Positions 10,025 to 19,691 of a stretch of DNA of 64,000 nucleotides are shown here, one piece after another. Both the position numbers and the translations under genes were made by a program. The DNA is taken from NCBI GenBank assembly GCA_014728215.1, contig WJLZ01000080.1, positions 8,755-72,754 on the forward strand, read 5' to 3'. Numbering within the stretch: the stretch's first letter is position 1; the number at the start of each line of letters is the position of its first letter. The notes under the pieces are model-generated. The model made no database searches. It saw nothing but the letters and a program-made list of their open reading frames with translations, and was not told where the DNA came from. This DNA comes from Chitinivibrionales bacterium. Lineage in GTDB: Bacteria > Fibrobacterota > Chitinivibrionia > Chitinivibrionales > WJKA01.

Positions 10025-11017
10025 CTATTTTTCCAGGTTTGTTTTGGCTTCGGAGATCTCCCTGAAACTGATATCGGTTCTGAAAAAGAAAAACAAACCT
10101 GCCGCTGTTATTGAAATATACGTAGTGGCATGATATAAGATTGCCGCTGCCCGTGCCTGTTCTTCACCCAGACCACAGTAAAGAAAACCCTGGAGAAGTG
10201 ATGCATGCAAGGTTCCGATATAGCCGGGAGCGAGCGGTATTGCCGCACCGATCGAGGCAAAAGCCTGGGCAAGAAGCGTATGTAAAAAGGAAAAATTTTT
10301 GACATTTCCCATAATCAGCATCATGGCAAAGGCAAAGCAGAGAATCGTTGCATAGGAAAGAATAATAATAGCAAGGGTCTTTTTAAGCGAAAAGAGCCAG
10401 GAAAGGTTTGAGGCAAGCTCTGCACCGATTTTGGCAAATTTCTTCTGGGGTGCCGCCGGCAACAACCCGATACTCTTTTGTGCCAGGAATTCGATCTTTT
10501 TGGGTATCAATGCATAGAGCGCCATACACCCTATACTGAAACAATAGACTGCCAGAAGGAAATACGCCGGGTAGGTCAGTTTGCCTAACCCATCGAGCGT
10601 GAAAACCGGGATAAAGAAAAAGGAAGCAAACACAAGGACATCAAATCCCCGTTCCAGAATAAGGGAGCCGATAGCCGTAAAGGGAGCATAGCTATTTTTT
10701 TTCCAGAGAAAGAGCGCCCGGGCGGCTTCACCCATTCGTGCAGGAAGGATATTGTTTGCCATAAATCCTATGGTCGCAAAAGCAAAGAGATTCTTCTTGC
10801 TTGCTTTGTCTGAATCGGGGAGGATAAGGGCCCACCGAATGCCGCGGAGCCACAGAGAAAAAACCGTCAATGCGGCAGCAAGCAGCAAAGAAAATGGAGA
10901 TATTTTCTTCAGTTCATTTCCCAACTGGACTAAATCAACCCCTCTGAAAAAGACATAGAGACAGGCGCCGGCAATGGTTATTCCACCGATAAGTTGCGCA
11001 AGACGGGAGAGTTTCAT
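10025..11017 (-). CDS. Lysylphosphatidylglycerol synthase TM-region (UPF0104 flippase-like) membrane protein
   Basis: LRGIRW, ANNILPARMGEAARA, LILERGFD, PLAPGYIGT motifs; polytopic. Confidence 0.85.
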   Translation of the reverse strand: MKLSRLAQLIGGITIAGACLYVFFRGVDLVQLGNELKKISPFSLLLAAALTVFSLWLRGIRWALILPDSDKASKKNLFAFATIGFMANNILPARMGEAARALFLWKKNSYAPFTAIGSLILERGFDVLVFASFFFIPVFTLDGLGKLTYPAYFLLAVYCFSIGCMALYALIPKKIEFLAQKSIGLLPAAPQKKFAKIGAELASNLSWLFSLKKTLAIIILSYATILCFAFAMMLIMGNVKNFSFLHTLLAQAFASIGAAIPLAPGYIGTLHASLLQGFLYCGLGEEQARAAAILYHATTYISITAAGLFFFFRTDISFREISEAKTNLEK

Positions 11018-12315
11018 GCCTCCTCCAGTTTATTGAGAACAAGACCCGAATAGAATTTAGGAAAGAAATTTGTAGACTTTTGGGGCATCCGCTCATTACC
11101 GGCGACGATATCCCTGACAACTCCTATTTCGATCGGTCTGAGAAAAAATGTACCGTAGTAATCCGGGCTGTCAAGGGTTTTGTGGTAGGCGGCGGTAATA
11201 TCTTTTTCATAATCGATAACATCATGAAGCGTCGTGCCGTCCATTGGGAGACCGAGAATTTTATTAATCACCAGCGAATTTATTATCGATACGTCGAGAT
11301 GGTTCCATTGGTATGACATACCATTGGTATTATCGCACAGGTATTTTTCCCCCTTCGGACTGAGACTCAGAAAATAAGCTTTTCGGGTTTCATGGTCTAA
11401 ATATGCCATCCGGTGATTGTCACGACTTCCGGTAAAGGTTATAATTTCATCGACAGAGGAATTTTCAAATTCTTTGATTTCAAAGTACTCTTCAAGTTTT
11501 GAGAGCATTGCCGGGCCGGTTACTGACGGCCTCTTTTTGATACTCCGGTGGAACGGCCGGATAATCAGGCCGGGATCAGCCATGGAGACAAGCGTCATCA
11601 TGACAAACTGATGAGCGGGTTCACCGGACTCCTGAGCAAACTGAAGTGCGGTTTCATACCGGTGATGACCGTCGGCAATGAGAATAATCCGATCCGAGGC
11701 CAGATCTACCAGGCGGTTGATCGTTTGCTGGTCTTTGATACGGAAAAGCGTATGCTGAACATTGTCATCGGTAAAACTGCCGGCGGGGGCGTCCGTTACA
11801 GCCTTCGAAACAGATCCAAAAAAATCGCCTTCATCCTGGATAATACCGAATATCTGTCCTGTGTTACAGTGTGTTGCTTTCAACAGCTCATAGCGGTCGA
11901 CTTTAGGGGCGGATAATGTGTTTTCGTGGGGAAGAACGATTTTTTCCTTGAAATCAACAAGCCGTACCCGCGCAACGATACCGGTTCGTTCATAGGTAAC
12001 CGCATCATTGTCTTCACCCGCGCTGAAACGTTGGCGGTAAACATAAATTGAAGGTTCTGAGTCCTTAAGGAGAATGTTTTCGGTAATCCATTTATTCAGG
12101 AGTGCTGCGGCCCGCTGATGGCGGTCGTTGTTGACCTGGTCTCCTGGCTCCGGTTTGTTCTGAATTATCCTGATGATATTATGGGGATCTTTTCGGTAGA
12201 GTATCTCCTGCATGTCGCCGTCGATCATGTCATAAGGAGGAGCAACAAATTGTTGCAGGTTGCCGGGATCGTCAAGATTAAATCGATAGCCGCAGAATGG
12301 TCGTATCTCAGCCAT
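11014..12315 (-). CDS. DUF1015-family protein
   Basis: MAEIRPF, APPYD, ILPHE-like VLPHENT, IADGHHRYETA, MPQKSTNFFPK motifs typical of DUF1015. Confidence 0.9.
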   Translation of the reverse strand: MAEIRPFCGYRFNLDDPGNLQQFVAPPYDMIDGDMQEILYRKDPHNIIRIIQNKPEPGDQVNNDRHQRAAALLNKWITENILLKDSEPSIYVYRQRFSAGEDNDAVTYERTGIVARVRLVDFKEKIVLPHENTLSAPKVDRYELLKATHCNTGQIFGIIQDEGDFFGSVSKAVTDAPAGSFTDDNVQHTLFRIKDQQTINRLVDLASDRIILIADGHHRYETALQFAQESGEPAHQFVMMTLVSMADPGLIIRPFHRSIKKRPSVTGPAMLSKLEEYFEIKEFENSSVDEIITFTGSRDNHRMAYLDHETRKAYFLSLSPKGEKYLCDNTNGMSYQWNHLDVSIINSLVINKILGLPMDGTTLHDVIDYEKDITAAYHKTLDSPDYYGTFFLRPIEIGVVRDIVAGNERMPQKSTNFFPKFYSGLVLNKLEEA

Positions 12316-12368
12316 TGGTGGTGTATTCTCCTTCCTTATTTATACTCATTTTTACATTTTGTTTTCCT

Positions 12369-13010
12369 CTATTCGAGGGGTAATACGATTTCCGACAGTG
12401 TCGGCAGGCAAAAGCTTTTCCGATGGATAGGACATATCCCGTTTTTACTGATCAGTTTTTTATGCCTGGGGGTCGGATACCCCTTGTTTGAAGAAAATTC
12501 GTAGAGAGGATACCGAAAATGATTGTCTTCCATTATCCTGTCTCTTTCGACTTTAGCTAAAATAGATGCTGCGGCAATCGATGCGCTTGTACCGTCTCCC
12601 CGGATTATTGTTTTTTGTCGTGCTGCGTGGAGAGAGGGGATCGGCCGGTTGCCGTCTACAAGCGCCAGAGTCCACTGTGTTTTTAGTTGATCGATTGCCC
12701 GTTGCATGGCAAGAAGAGATGCTTGAAGGATATTGATTTTGTCGATTTCGTGGGGATCTGCCAGGCCTATTCCATAATCCTTTGCCGAGGCTTTGATTTC
12801 TTCACAAAGCCTTTCCCTTTTCCGGGCTGTTAATTTTTTGGAATCATTTATTTCTTCCAGGGGAGAATCAAGATCCAGAAGGACCGCTGCGGCTGTCACC
12901 GGTCCGGCAAGAGGGCCCCGACCGGCTTCATCGATACCGATCAGAACACTGTCATTTTCCCGGACAATACCAATATCATAGGAATAAAGAGCGCGGCTGC
13001 TAAATTTCAC
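12369..13010 (-). CDS. rnhB: Ribonuclease HII
   Basis: GIDEAGRGPLAGPV, NDSKKL, VDGN, SIAAASILAKVERD, NKGYPT. Confidence 0.97.
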   Translation of the reverse strand: MKFSSRALYSYDIGIVRENDSVLIGIDEAGRGPLAGPVTAAAVLLDLDSPLEEINDSKKLTARKRERLCEEIKASAKDYGIGLADPHEIDKINILQASLLAMQRAIDQLKTQWTLALVDGNRPIPSLHAARQKTIIRGDGTSASIAAASILAKVERDRIMEDNHFRYPLYEFSSNKGYPTPRHKKLISKNGICPIHRKSFCLPTLSEIVLPLE

Positions 13011-13617
13011 CGGTCACTCTCCGTCCGCTGACTGCTATTTTGTTTCGGGCTACCGCCTCAACTGCACGCCAGTAATTGGCATGCTCGAGCTTTAACACCC
13101 GCTCCGCAAGCGTCTCAGGATCATCATCATCCAGAACAGGGGTCGAAACCTGAAGCACAATTGGACCGCTGTCGTACTGTTCGTCAACAAAGTGGACCGT
13201 AATTCCGCTAATCTTGGATCCATAGTCGAGCACTGCACGGTGAACCTTTTTACCATACATCCCTTTGCCGCCGAAGGAGGGGAGGAGTGCCGGATGAATA
13301 TTGAGTATCCGGTTACGATAGCGCTGTACCACCGCGGCAGGAATGATTTTCATATATCCTGCAAGCACAATCATATCAACAGAATATTCATCCATAGCCT
13401 TCATAAGTTCCCGGGTATAGTCTTCGAGGGTACTGAAGCGGGAGGGGGGAAGATGAATCGCCGGGATACCGTTATTCCGTGCCCGTTCACCGGCGTAGGC
13501 TTTGCTGTTGTTGCTGATAAGAACAGCGAAGTCCACATGAAGTTCACCTGATTTTTGATGATCGATGAGAGCCTGAAAATTACTTCCGCCGCCTGATGCA
13601 AATACTGCACAGTTCAT
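13000..13617 (-). CDS. purN: Phosphoribosylglycinamide formyltransferase
   Basis: ASGGGSNFQAL, VLAGYM, LNIHPALLPSFGG, GITVHFVDEQYDSGPI. Confidence 0.97.
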   Translation of the reverse strand: MNCAVFASGGGSNFQALIDHQKSGELHVDFAVLISNNSKAYAGERARNNGIPAIHLPPSRFSTLEDYTRELMKAMDEYSVDMIVLAGYMKIIPAAVVQRYRNRILNIHPALLPSFGGKGMYGKKVHRAVLDYGSKISGITVHFVDEQYDSGPIVLQVSTPVLDDDDPETLAERVLKLEHANYWRAVEAVARNKIAVSGRRVTGEI

Positions 13618-13644
13618 AGCCGCTTCCTTTCAATAGAATTCCGG

Positions 13645-14856
13645 TCAGCGTTTCACGGAGATGACTTTTCCCGAAAAGACTCTCAACCGATATTCCACTC
13701 CGCTCCAGATGATTGTATTTGTAAATGAGGTCCGGGCAAGGGCATAGAGGTGCATCCAGCGTAGCAACGGCTCCTGAACAATAAAACGGAAAAATCTGTC
13801 TATCCGTCCCATGAAAATATAGAGTGGTGCGGCCAGGAGGTCCAGAGCCGTAAATGCCAGAGGTGCGGCGCCGCCAAGTTCAAAAAAGGAGCGGGAGGAA
13901 ATACTGCTGATGATAACTGCAGGAATAAGCCAGAGCTGAATGAGCAAAATGCTGAATACCACCGGCATCGCTAAACACCATAAGTGGGTATGATACATTT
14001 TAAGAAACATCATCTGCCGTTCGATCCAGGCGGTACTCTTCTGCAAAGGAAGCGCTTCATTGGTGTCGGTAATACAGGGAGGAACAAGAACGGATCGCTT
14101 CTTGTTTTTCATGATTATTTCCGCCAGACTCATGTCGTCAACTACAGTCTCTTTCCACCGCTCAGCCACCCCGAGCTTCTCGAAATCTTCCCGCCGCATC
14201 GCCATGGATCCGCCCCACAATCCGGCGTTGCCGATCATCGATGCCGTACAGAAAAGAACGTAGAGAAAATTGTTGAAAAACATGTGATTGTATTGGCCGA
14301 AACTTCCTTTTGCAAGATGGATCCAGCGGAATCCGGTTGTCGCGGCGGCATCAGAGCGGGAGAGTGGAAGAATCAGCTCGTGCAGCCACTCTTTCTGGGG
14401 AGTGATATCTGCATCGGCAAAAACATACACATCCGGTTTATTTGCATTTTCTACGCCCTTGAGCATATTCCAGTTTTTCTGTGCGCAACGGGAGGAAAGA
14501 CCGGCGACCACGAGTTTGGCATTTGGTTTGCCCGAGATCGCCTCTTTGATTACCGGTACTGCGCTATCATGCTCGCTTTCAACCGCAAAGATAATTTCAA
14601 AGTTGTCGTAATCGACTGAAAGATAGGCATCGATACTGGGTCGAAGTCCGTCATCAGAACCTTTGCACGGTACGATAATCGCACAACTGGGGTTATATGA
14701 AGAATCAAAAGAAGGACGGAGTATTCGTTCATACCAGAATCGCTGATAAAAGGCAACTAATATTCCAACTGCAATGACGGAAAGTCCAACCGCTGCTGCG
14801 ATAATCAGCATAAAAGAGGTAACAAGCGAATCGCCGGATAAAACTGAAAAGGACAA
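13645..14856 (-). CDS. GT2/GT21-type glycosyltransferase (ceramide glucosyltransferase/HpnI-like)
   Basis: N-terminal TM, IIVPCKG, CAQKNWN, FADAD (DxD), WGGSMAMRR, VVDDMSL, C-terminal TMs. TTG start after AGGAG. Confidence 0.8.
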   Translation of the reverse strand: MSFSVLSGDSLVTSFMLIIAAAVGLSVIAVGILVAFYQRFWYERILRPSFDSSYNPSCAIIVPCKGSDDGLRPSIDAYLSVDYDNFEIIFAVESEHDSAVPVIKEAISGKPNAKLVVAGLSSRCAQKNWNMLKGVENANKPDVYVFADADITPQKEWLHELILPLSRSDAAATTGFRWIHLAKGSFGQYNHMFFNNFLYVLFCTASMIGNAGLWGGSMAMRREDFEKLGVAERWKETVVDDMSLAEIIMKNKKRSVLVPPCITDTNEALPLQKSTAWIERQMMFLKMYHTHLWCLAMPVVFSILLIQLWLIPAVIISSISSRSFFELGGAAPLAFTALDLLAAPLYIFMGRIDRFFRFIVQEPLLRWMHLYALARTSFTNTIIWSGVEYRLRVFSGKVISVKR

Positions 14857-14993
14857 TGGAAGCTCCTGTTAATTGAATGTTTAAAAATAATCTTAGGTGG
14901 GGAAATGATCAAAGGCAGGTTAACAAAGAGTCCGATTTTTAGCGGGATTATCCCGATTTCGCCGATATTACCGGTGATTTCTATGAACTCTTC

Positions 14994-16280
14994 TTATGAA
15001 CCCTTGCGTTTGGTCGAATTCCTGGGCTTTTTTGCCTGGCGGACTGAGATTTTCATATGCTTAACCTGATTTCTTCCCCCCTTTTTGGCTTTATACAATG
15101 CCTTGTCGGCAGTATGAATAACATCGATGATCGTCTGGGTTTTATCATACCTATGGGATATACCGATTGAAAGAGTTACTTTGATATTTTTCTTTTTAAA
15201 AGTCGTTTTCATTTTTTCGACCGCTTTGCGGACTTTTTCCATCACCGGAACCACATCTTTGGTAACTTTTTGGGGAAAGAATACCGCAAGCTCTTCGCCC
15301 CCGTACCGGCAAACCGTGCCGTCGGGAATAACCTCTCTGCAGACTGTCTGCGCTGTATTATAGAGAACATGATCTCCTGCCTGATGGCCATAGGTGTCGT
15401 TCACTTTTTTAAAATGGTCGATATCGAGCATGGCAACGGCAAAGGGCGGCAGTGTATTGAGATTGCTCTGTTCGGTGATTACCCTGCTGCAGTAATTTCG
15501 ATTATAAATGTGAAGCAGCGGGTCGTATGAAATTCTGTGCTCCATACGGAAAAACCAGTGGACAATGGAGCCGATCTGCAGATAAAAGGGCACCTGGACC
15601 ATCATGATACACTGAACAGATTGAGGATTTGCATGGAGAGGGGCATAGTGTCGAGCAAGAAGATAAAGCAGCGCTGTGCCAGCAAATATACCGCCGAGGT
15701 AGAATTCTTTGCGCAGGAGCCATATTGACAGCCATAAAACAATACCGAACCACATGAAACCGGTCCAGAAAGCAAAATCGGTAATGCTTTCGAATCGAAG
15801 TATTCTGGTCCAGTGCAAGCTTGAAGGCACAAACCTGAAAATCAGGATTAACACTGTTTCGAACCCGGCAATGATAAAGGTGAGTTGTTTTGTCAGTCGA
15901 TATCGGAGGTATGATGGGAGGGCGAGGGCCGCAATAATATTTACAAAAGCCAGAATAAAAAGCGCATGGGTGAAATTCGCCGGCGCAGGGGGAACAAAGG
16001 GTTTGAACGGAGGTTTATAGAGCAGAAAGTACCCTAGGCCGATCAGGCCGACAAGATAGCCGATCAGATAAACTTTTAAATTCTGGACACGGGGGTAGGA
16101 AAAATGACCAACCAAAAAAGAGGTGCAGGAAAGGATCAGCCCGATTGCCGGAAGAACTTTTTTATAAAGAGCCGGATTTCCTTCAGGCTGATAGATAAAG
16201 CTGAGGGTTATACCGGTTCCTGCTATCGCCAGCGCGCAAAAAAAGAGAACCAATCCCCAGCGATTTTTAGTCTTGGGCAT
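14994..16280 (-). CDS. Membrane-bound diguanylate cyclase (multi-TM N-terminus + GGDEF)
   Basis: About 8 hydrophobic segments, then DIDHFKKVNDTYGHQAGD and RYGGEEL. Confidence 0.9.
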   Translation of the reverse strand: MPKTKNRWGLVLFFCALAIAGTGITLSFIYQPEGNPALYKKVLPAIGLILSCTSFLVGHFSYPRVQNLKVYLIGYLVGLIGLGYFLLYKPPFKPFVPPAPANFTHALFILAFVNIIAALALPSYLRYRLTKQLTFIIAGFETVLILIFRFVPSSLHWTRILRFESITDFAFWTGFMWFGIVLWLSIWLLRKEFYLGGIFAGTALLYLLARHYAPLHANPQSVQCIMMVQVPFYLQIGSIVHWFFRMEHRISYDPLLHIYNRNYCSRVITEQSNLNTLPPFAVAMLDIDHFKKVNDTYGHQAGDHVLYNTAQTVCREVIPDGTVCRYGGEELAVFFPQKVTKDVVPVMEKVRKAVEKMKTTFKKKNIKVTLSIGISHRYDKTQTIIDVIHTADKALYKAKKGGRNQVKHMKISVRQAKKPRNSTKRKGS

Positions 16281-16507
16281 AACTCAAGATACTCTATGGC
16301 AAATTCGTTTTACCGAGTTTAAACGGTTTTCTCACGAGGCGTCACGGGACATGAAATATCGCCGAAGTCGCCCGCTAACTGAAATATGAAAATACAATAT
16401 TACTTATGGAATTGCATTTATATTATTATTTGTAGTATTTTCCAACGGCATGATCTACGGCAGGTTTCTGCCCTAGAGGGCCAGTACTGTCTACAAAACG
16501 GAACAAT

Positions 16508-17383
16508 ATGCCAGTTCGCAGTATGACCGGCTTTGGACAAGCCGAAGCAACATCTCCGCTTGGTACCTTTCGAATCGAAATTCGGGGAGTTAACAACCGT
16601 TTTCTTGACCTGCAGCTTCGTCTGCCCCGGTCGTTTTCTCAACTCGAGGCCCGGCTTAAAAAAACGGTATCCGAAAAAGTCTCCCGCGGATATATCACCG
16701 TTCTGGTCTCAGGGATCCAGGATAATGAAAAAGCACTTCTTACCTGGGATAAAGATTCTGTCGAAAGTTATCTGCGCATTTTTAACGAAATAAAAGACAA
16801 CTACGAGCTTGAGGGCAGAGTTACCCTGAGCGATCTGCTTCATTTCAGCGATTTTATCAAGGCCGAATCCAGGGATTTCGATGAAGAGAATGTGTGGAAA
16901 TACCTGGAACCGATTTTAAAAAAGGCGCTGAAAAGCTTCCAGGAGTCCCGTGAGTCGGAAGCGGTTCATATTATTAAAGACATGCAGAAAATGCTTTCGA
17001 TTTTAGATCGTACTCTTACTCAGATAAAAAAACGGGCGCCCATGAGGATTAAAAAGTATTCCCGTGAGCTTTCCAAGCGGGTCGAACAGCTTGTTGATAC
17101 GCAGGTTGATCCTCAACGTTTGGCCGTAGAAATTGCCCTGATGGCCGATCGAATCGATATCTCTGAAGAATGTACTCGTCTGTCGGCCCACATTCAAGAA
17201 TTTGGAAAAACATTTAAAAGCAATGAACCGGTCGGAAAGCGAATGAATTTTATTCTTCAGGAAATGAATCGCGAAGCCAATACTATCGGTTCAAAAGCGA
17301 ACGATACACAAGTCTCCCATCTTTCAATAAAACTGAAAGAAAATATTGAAAAAATCCGGGAGCAGGTGCAAAATATCGAATAA
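16508..17383 (+). CDS. yicC: YicC/YloC-family endoribonuclease
   Basis: SMTGFG, RGVNNRFLDL, DISEECTRL, GKRMNFILQEMNREANTIGSK. Confidence 0.95.
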   Translation: MPVRSMTGFGQAEATSPLGTFRIEIRGVNNRFLDLQLRLPRSFSQLEARLKKTVSEKVSRGYITVLVSGIQDNEKALLTWDKDSVESYLRIFNEIKDNYELEGRVTLSDLLHFSDFIKAESRDFDEENVWKYLEPILKKALKSFQESRESEAVHIIKDMQKMLSILDRTLTQIKKRAPMRIKKYSRELSKRVEQLVDTQVDPQRLAVEIALMADRIDISEECTRLSAHIQEFGKTFKSNEPVGKRMNFILQEMNREANTIGSKANDTQVSHLSIKLKENIEKIREQVQNIE

Positions 17384-17437
17384 TACCCTAAACATTAAAG
17401 TGACACGGTCGTGCTGTGTCCGAATAAGGAGGTTGTA

Positions 17438-17656
17438 ATGAAATTGGATATGCTGGAGCTTGAACTCGACAAGATCGAGGAGAGAGGAATCAACCGGTAC
17501 AAGGCGGTGCTGATGGCCTCCAAGGAAGCTCGTTTCATTAACGATCAGGTACGGCTTGGGATTACCAAGGCCAAAGACAAACCCACGACTATTGCTCTTA
17601 AGAAGCTTTTTGACGGTCGTATTGTTGAATCAAATGAGAGTGAAATTGAAGGATAA
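17438..17656 (+). CDS. rpoZ: RNA polymerase omega subunit
   Basis: NRYKAVLMASKEAR and KPTTIALK resemble omega. ATG at 17438 follows AGGAGG; lies immediately before coaBC. Confidence 0.8.
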   Translation: MKLDMLELELDKIEERGINRYKAVLMASKEARFINDQVRLGITKAKDKPTTIALKKLFDGRIVESNESEIEG

Positions 17657-18874
17657 ATGTCCGAAAATATCCGAATTGCGCTTGGCGTATGCGGCGGTAT
17701 TGCTGCATACAAGATTCCGCAGCTTGTCCGCTTGTTTCGCAAGGAACATAGTGAAGTGCGGGCGGTGCTTACTCCCAACGCCCGGGGGTTTGTCGGCGAA
17801 GAAGCCCTTCGGACCGTAACCGAAAATCCCGTTCTTTTCGATCTCTCACCTTCACAGAACAAAAGTACATATCTGTATCCCGGAAGATTGGATCATATCG
17901 ATCTGGGCCGGTGGGCCGATTATCTGCTTATTTGCCCGGCAACGGCTAATACTATCGCCAAACTTGCTTGCGGCATAGCCGATAATCTGTTAACAACGGT
18001 TGCTCTGACATTTGCGCCCGAGCATATCATTATCGCACCCGCAATGAATTCAGCCATGTGGCGGAATCCTGTTAACTTGCAGAATGTGGCGCGGCTCAAA
18101 GAACGGGGAGTAGAGGTTCTTCCGGTGGATGACGGTGAGTTGGCTTGTGGGGATGACGGTCCCGGCCGTATGCTCCCGGTTGAAGATATTGTGGAGTATG
18201 TAATCTCGTGTTCTGTCCCTCGCTCTCTTACCGGGAAAAAAGTACTCATTTCATCGGGGCCCACGGTGGAGCCTGTCGACCCGGTGCGGGTGCTGACCAA
18301 TCGTTCTTCCGGAAAAATGGGAGCCGCACTTGCCCGTGCCGCACGGGGAATGGGGGCTCAGGTAACCGTCGTGACCGGTCCTTCACAAGAACCGCTTCCC
18401 GCGGGAATCAGAAAAATACCGGTTCGTACTGCTGCCGAAATGAAAGATACACTGGAGAGTGAATTTGATGCTGTCGATATCTGTATTATGGCCGCTGCAG
18501 TAAGTGATTATCGCATCGAAAAAACCGAAAAACAAAAAATTAAACGGGATAAAAATGAAACACTCACCCTGAATCTTGTGCCGAACCCCGACATTCTGCA
18601 GCTACTTGGAAAGAAGAAAAAAAAGCAGCTCCTTGTTGGATTCGCTCTGGAATCGGACATCGATGAACAGGGCGGGGGAGCGAAAATGAAAAAAAAGAAC
18701 TGTGATATAATGATTTGCAATCAGGTGGAAACATCATTGGAAAAAGACTGCACACAAATATGTATTTTAAAGAAAGGGTGTGCACCGGAATATCTTCCTG
18801 AAATGGAGAAATCCAAAGCCGCAGGTGCAATAATTGTCGGCATTGCCGAATATCTGGGACTTACTGATGACTGA
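17657..18874 (+). CDS. coaBC: Bifunctional phosphopantothenoylcysteine decarboxylase/ligase
   Basis: GGIAAYK, HIDL, PATANTIAK, APAMN, LACG, SGPTVEPVDPVR, NRSSGKMG, AAVSDY. Confidence 0.97.
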   Translation: MSENIRIALGVCGGIAAYKIPQLVRLFRKEHSEVRAVLTPNARGFVGEEALRTVTENPVLFDLSPSQNKSTYLYPGRLDHIDLGRWADYLLICPATANTIAKLACGIADNLLTTVALTFAPEHIIIAPAMNSAMWRNPVNLQNVARLKERGVEVLPVDDGELACGDDGPGRMLPVEDIVEYVISCSVPRSLTGKKVLISSGPTVEPVDPVRVLTNRSSGKMGAALARAARGMGAQVTVVTGPSQEPLPAGIRKIPVRTAAEMKDTLESEFDAVDICIMAAAVSDYRIEKTEKQKIKRDKNETLTLNLVPNPDILQLLGKKKKKQLLVGFALESDIDEQGGGAKMKKKNCDIMICNQVETSLEKDCTQICILKKGCAPEYLPEMEKSKAAGAIIVGIAEYLGLTDD

Positions 18875-19691
18875 TCCGCGATCGCTTCTTGCACGATATT
18901 TTGAGCAACAGTCCGAGCTTTCCATGCCCGACCATATTTTTTCCCGGCCCTTTGATTCTGAAGCTACAGGATATGCGCTTACTTCCCAGGAAACTGCCTT
19001 TGCCTCCGGATCAGGCACGCCTGCGCCGGTCCGTGAGAAATCTGTTCACCTGTCTGGCGATGAAGGGCAGTCGGTAAAAACACCTGCAGTAAAAAGCGAT
19101 AAGGATGATACCAGGAAACGGGAGAAACTTAAAGAGTTATACTACGAGTTCAAAGAGTGTCACCATTGTTCACTGGGCACGACACGAAAAAATTTCATAT
19201 TCGGGGCAGGGAATGTTCTGGCACCGCTTATGATTATCGGTGAAGCACCCGGCGCTGAAGAAGATCAAAAAGGTCTTCCTTTTGTCGGAAAAGCCGGGCA
19301 ATTGCTGACTAAAATGTTGAAGGCGATAGATCTCAATCGGAAAAACCATATTTTTATCACGAATGTTCTCAAATGCCGGCCACCGGCAAACCGGAATCCC
19401 GAATCGACCGAGATCACGCTCTGCCTTCCATTACTTAAGCGGCAAATAGAAATAATCAAACCCGAAGCGCTCCTGCTTCTGGGCAGAATTGCCGCTCATG
19501 CGCTGCTCGGGAAATCAGAAAGTATCGGCGCGCTGCGTACCATGACCAATACCTATAATGAAATCCCGGTAGTCGTCACCTACCATCCGGCCGCGCTTCT
19601 CAGAAACGAAACCTATAAACGTCCGGCATGGGAAGACCTTCAAAAGCTCAGGGATATTTTAATGCAACGAGGAGTATATGCCGAAAGTTAA
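18867..19691 (+). CDS. Uracil-DNA glycosylase family 4
   Basis: CHHCSL Fe-S cysteines, IGEAPG, PFVGKAG, KCRPPANRNP, TYHPAALLR. ATG at 18867 overlaps the coaBC stop. Confidence 0.93.
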   Translation: MTDPRSLLARYFEQQSELSMPDHIFSRPFDSEATGYALTSQETAFASGSGTPAPVREKSVHLSGDEGQSVKTPAVKSDKDDTRKREKLKELYYEFKECHHCSLGTTRKNFIFGAGNVLAPLMIIGEAPGAEEDQKGLPFVGKAGQLLTKMLKAIDLNRKNHIFITNVLKCRPPANRNPESTEITLCLPLLKRQIEIIKPEALLLLGRIAAHALLGKSESIGALRTMTNTYNEIPVVVTYHPAALLRNETYKRPAWEDLQKLRDILMQRGVYAES

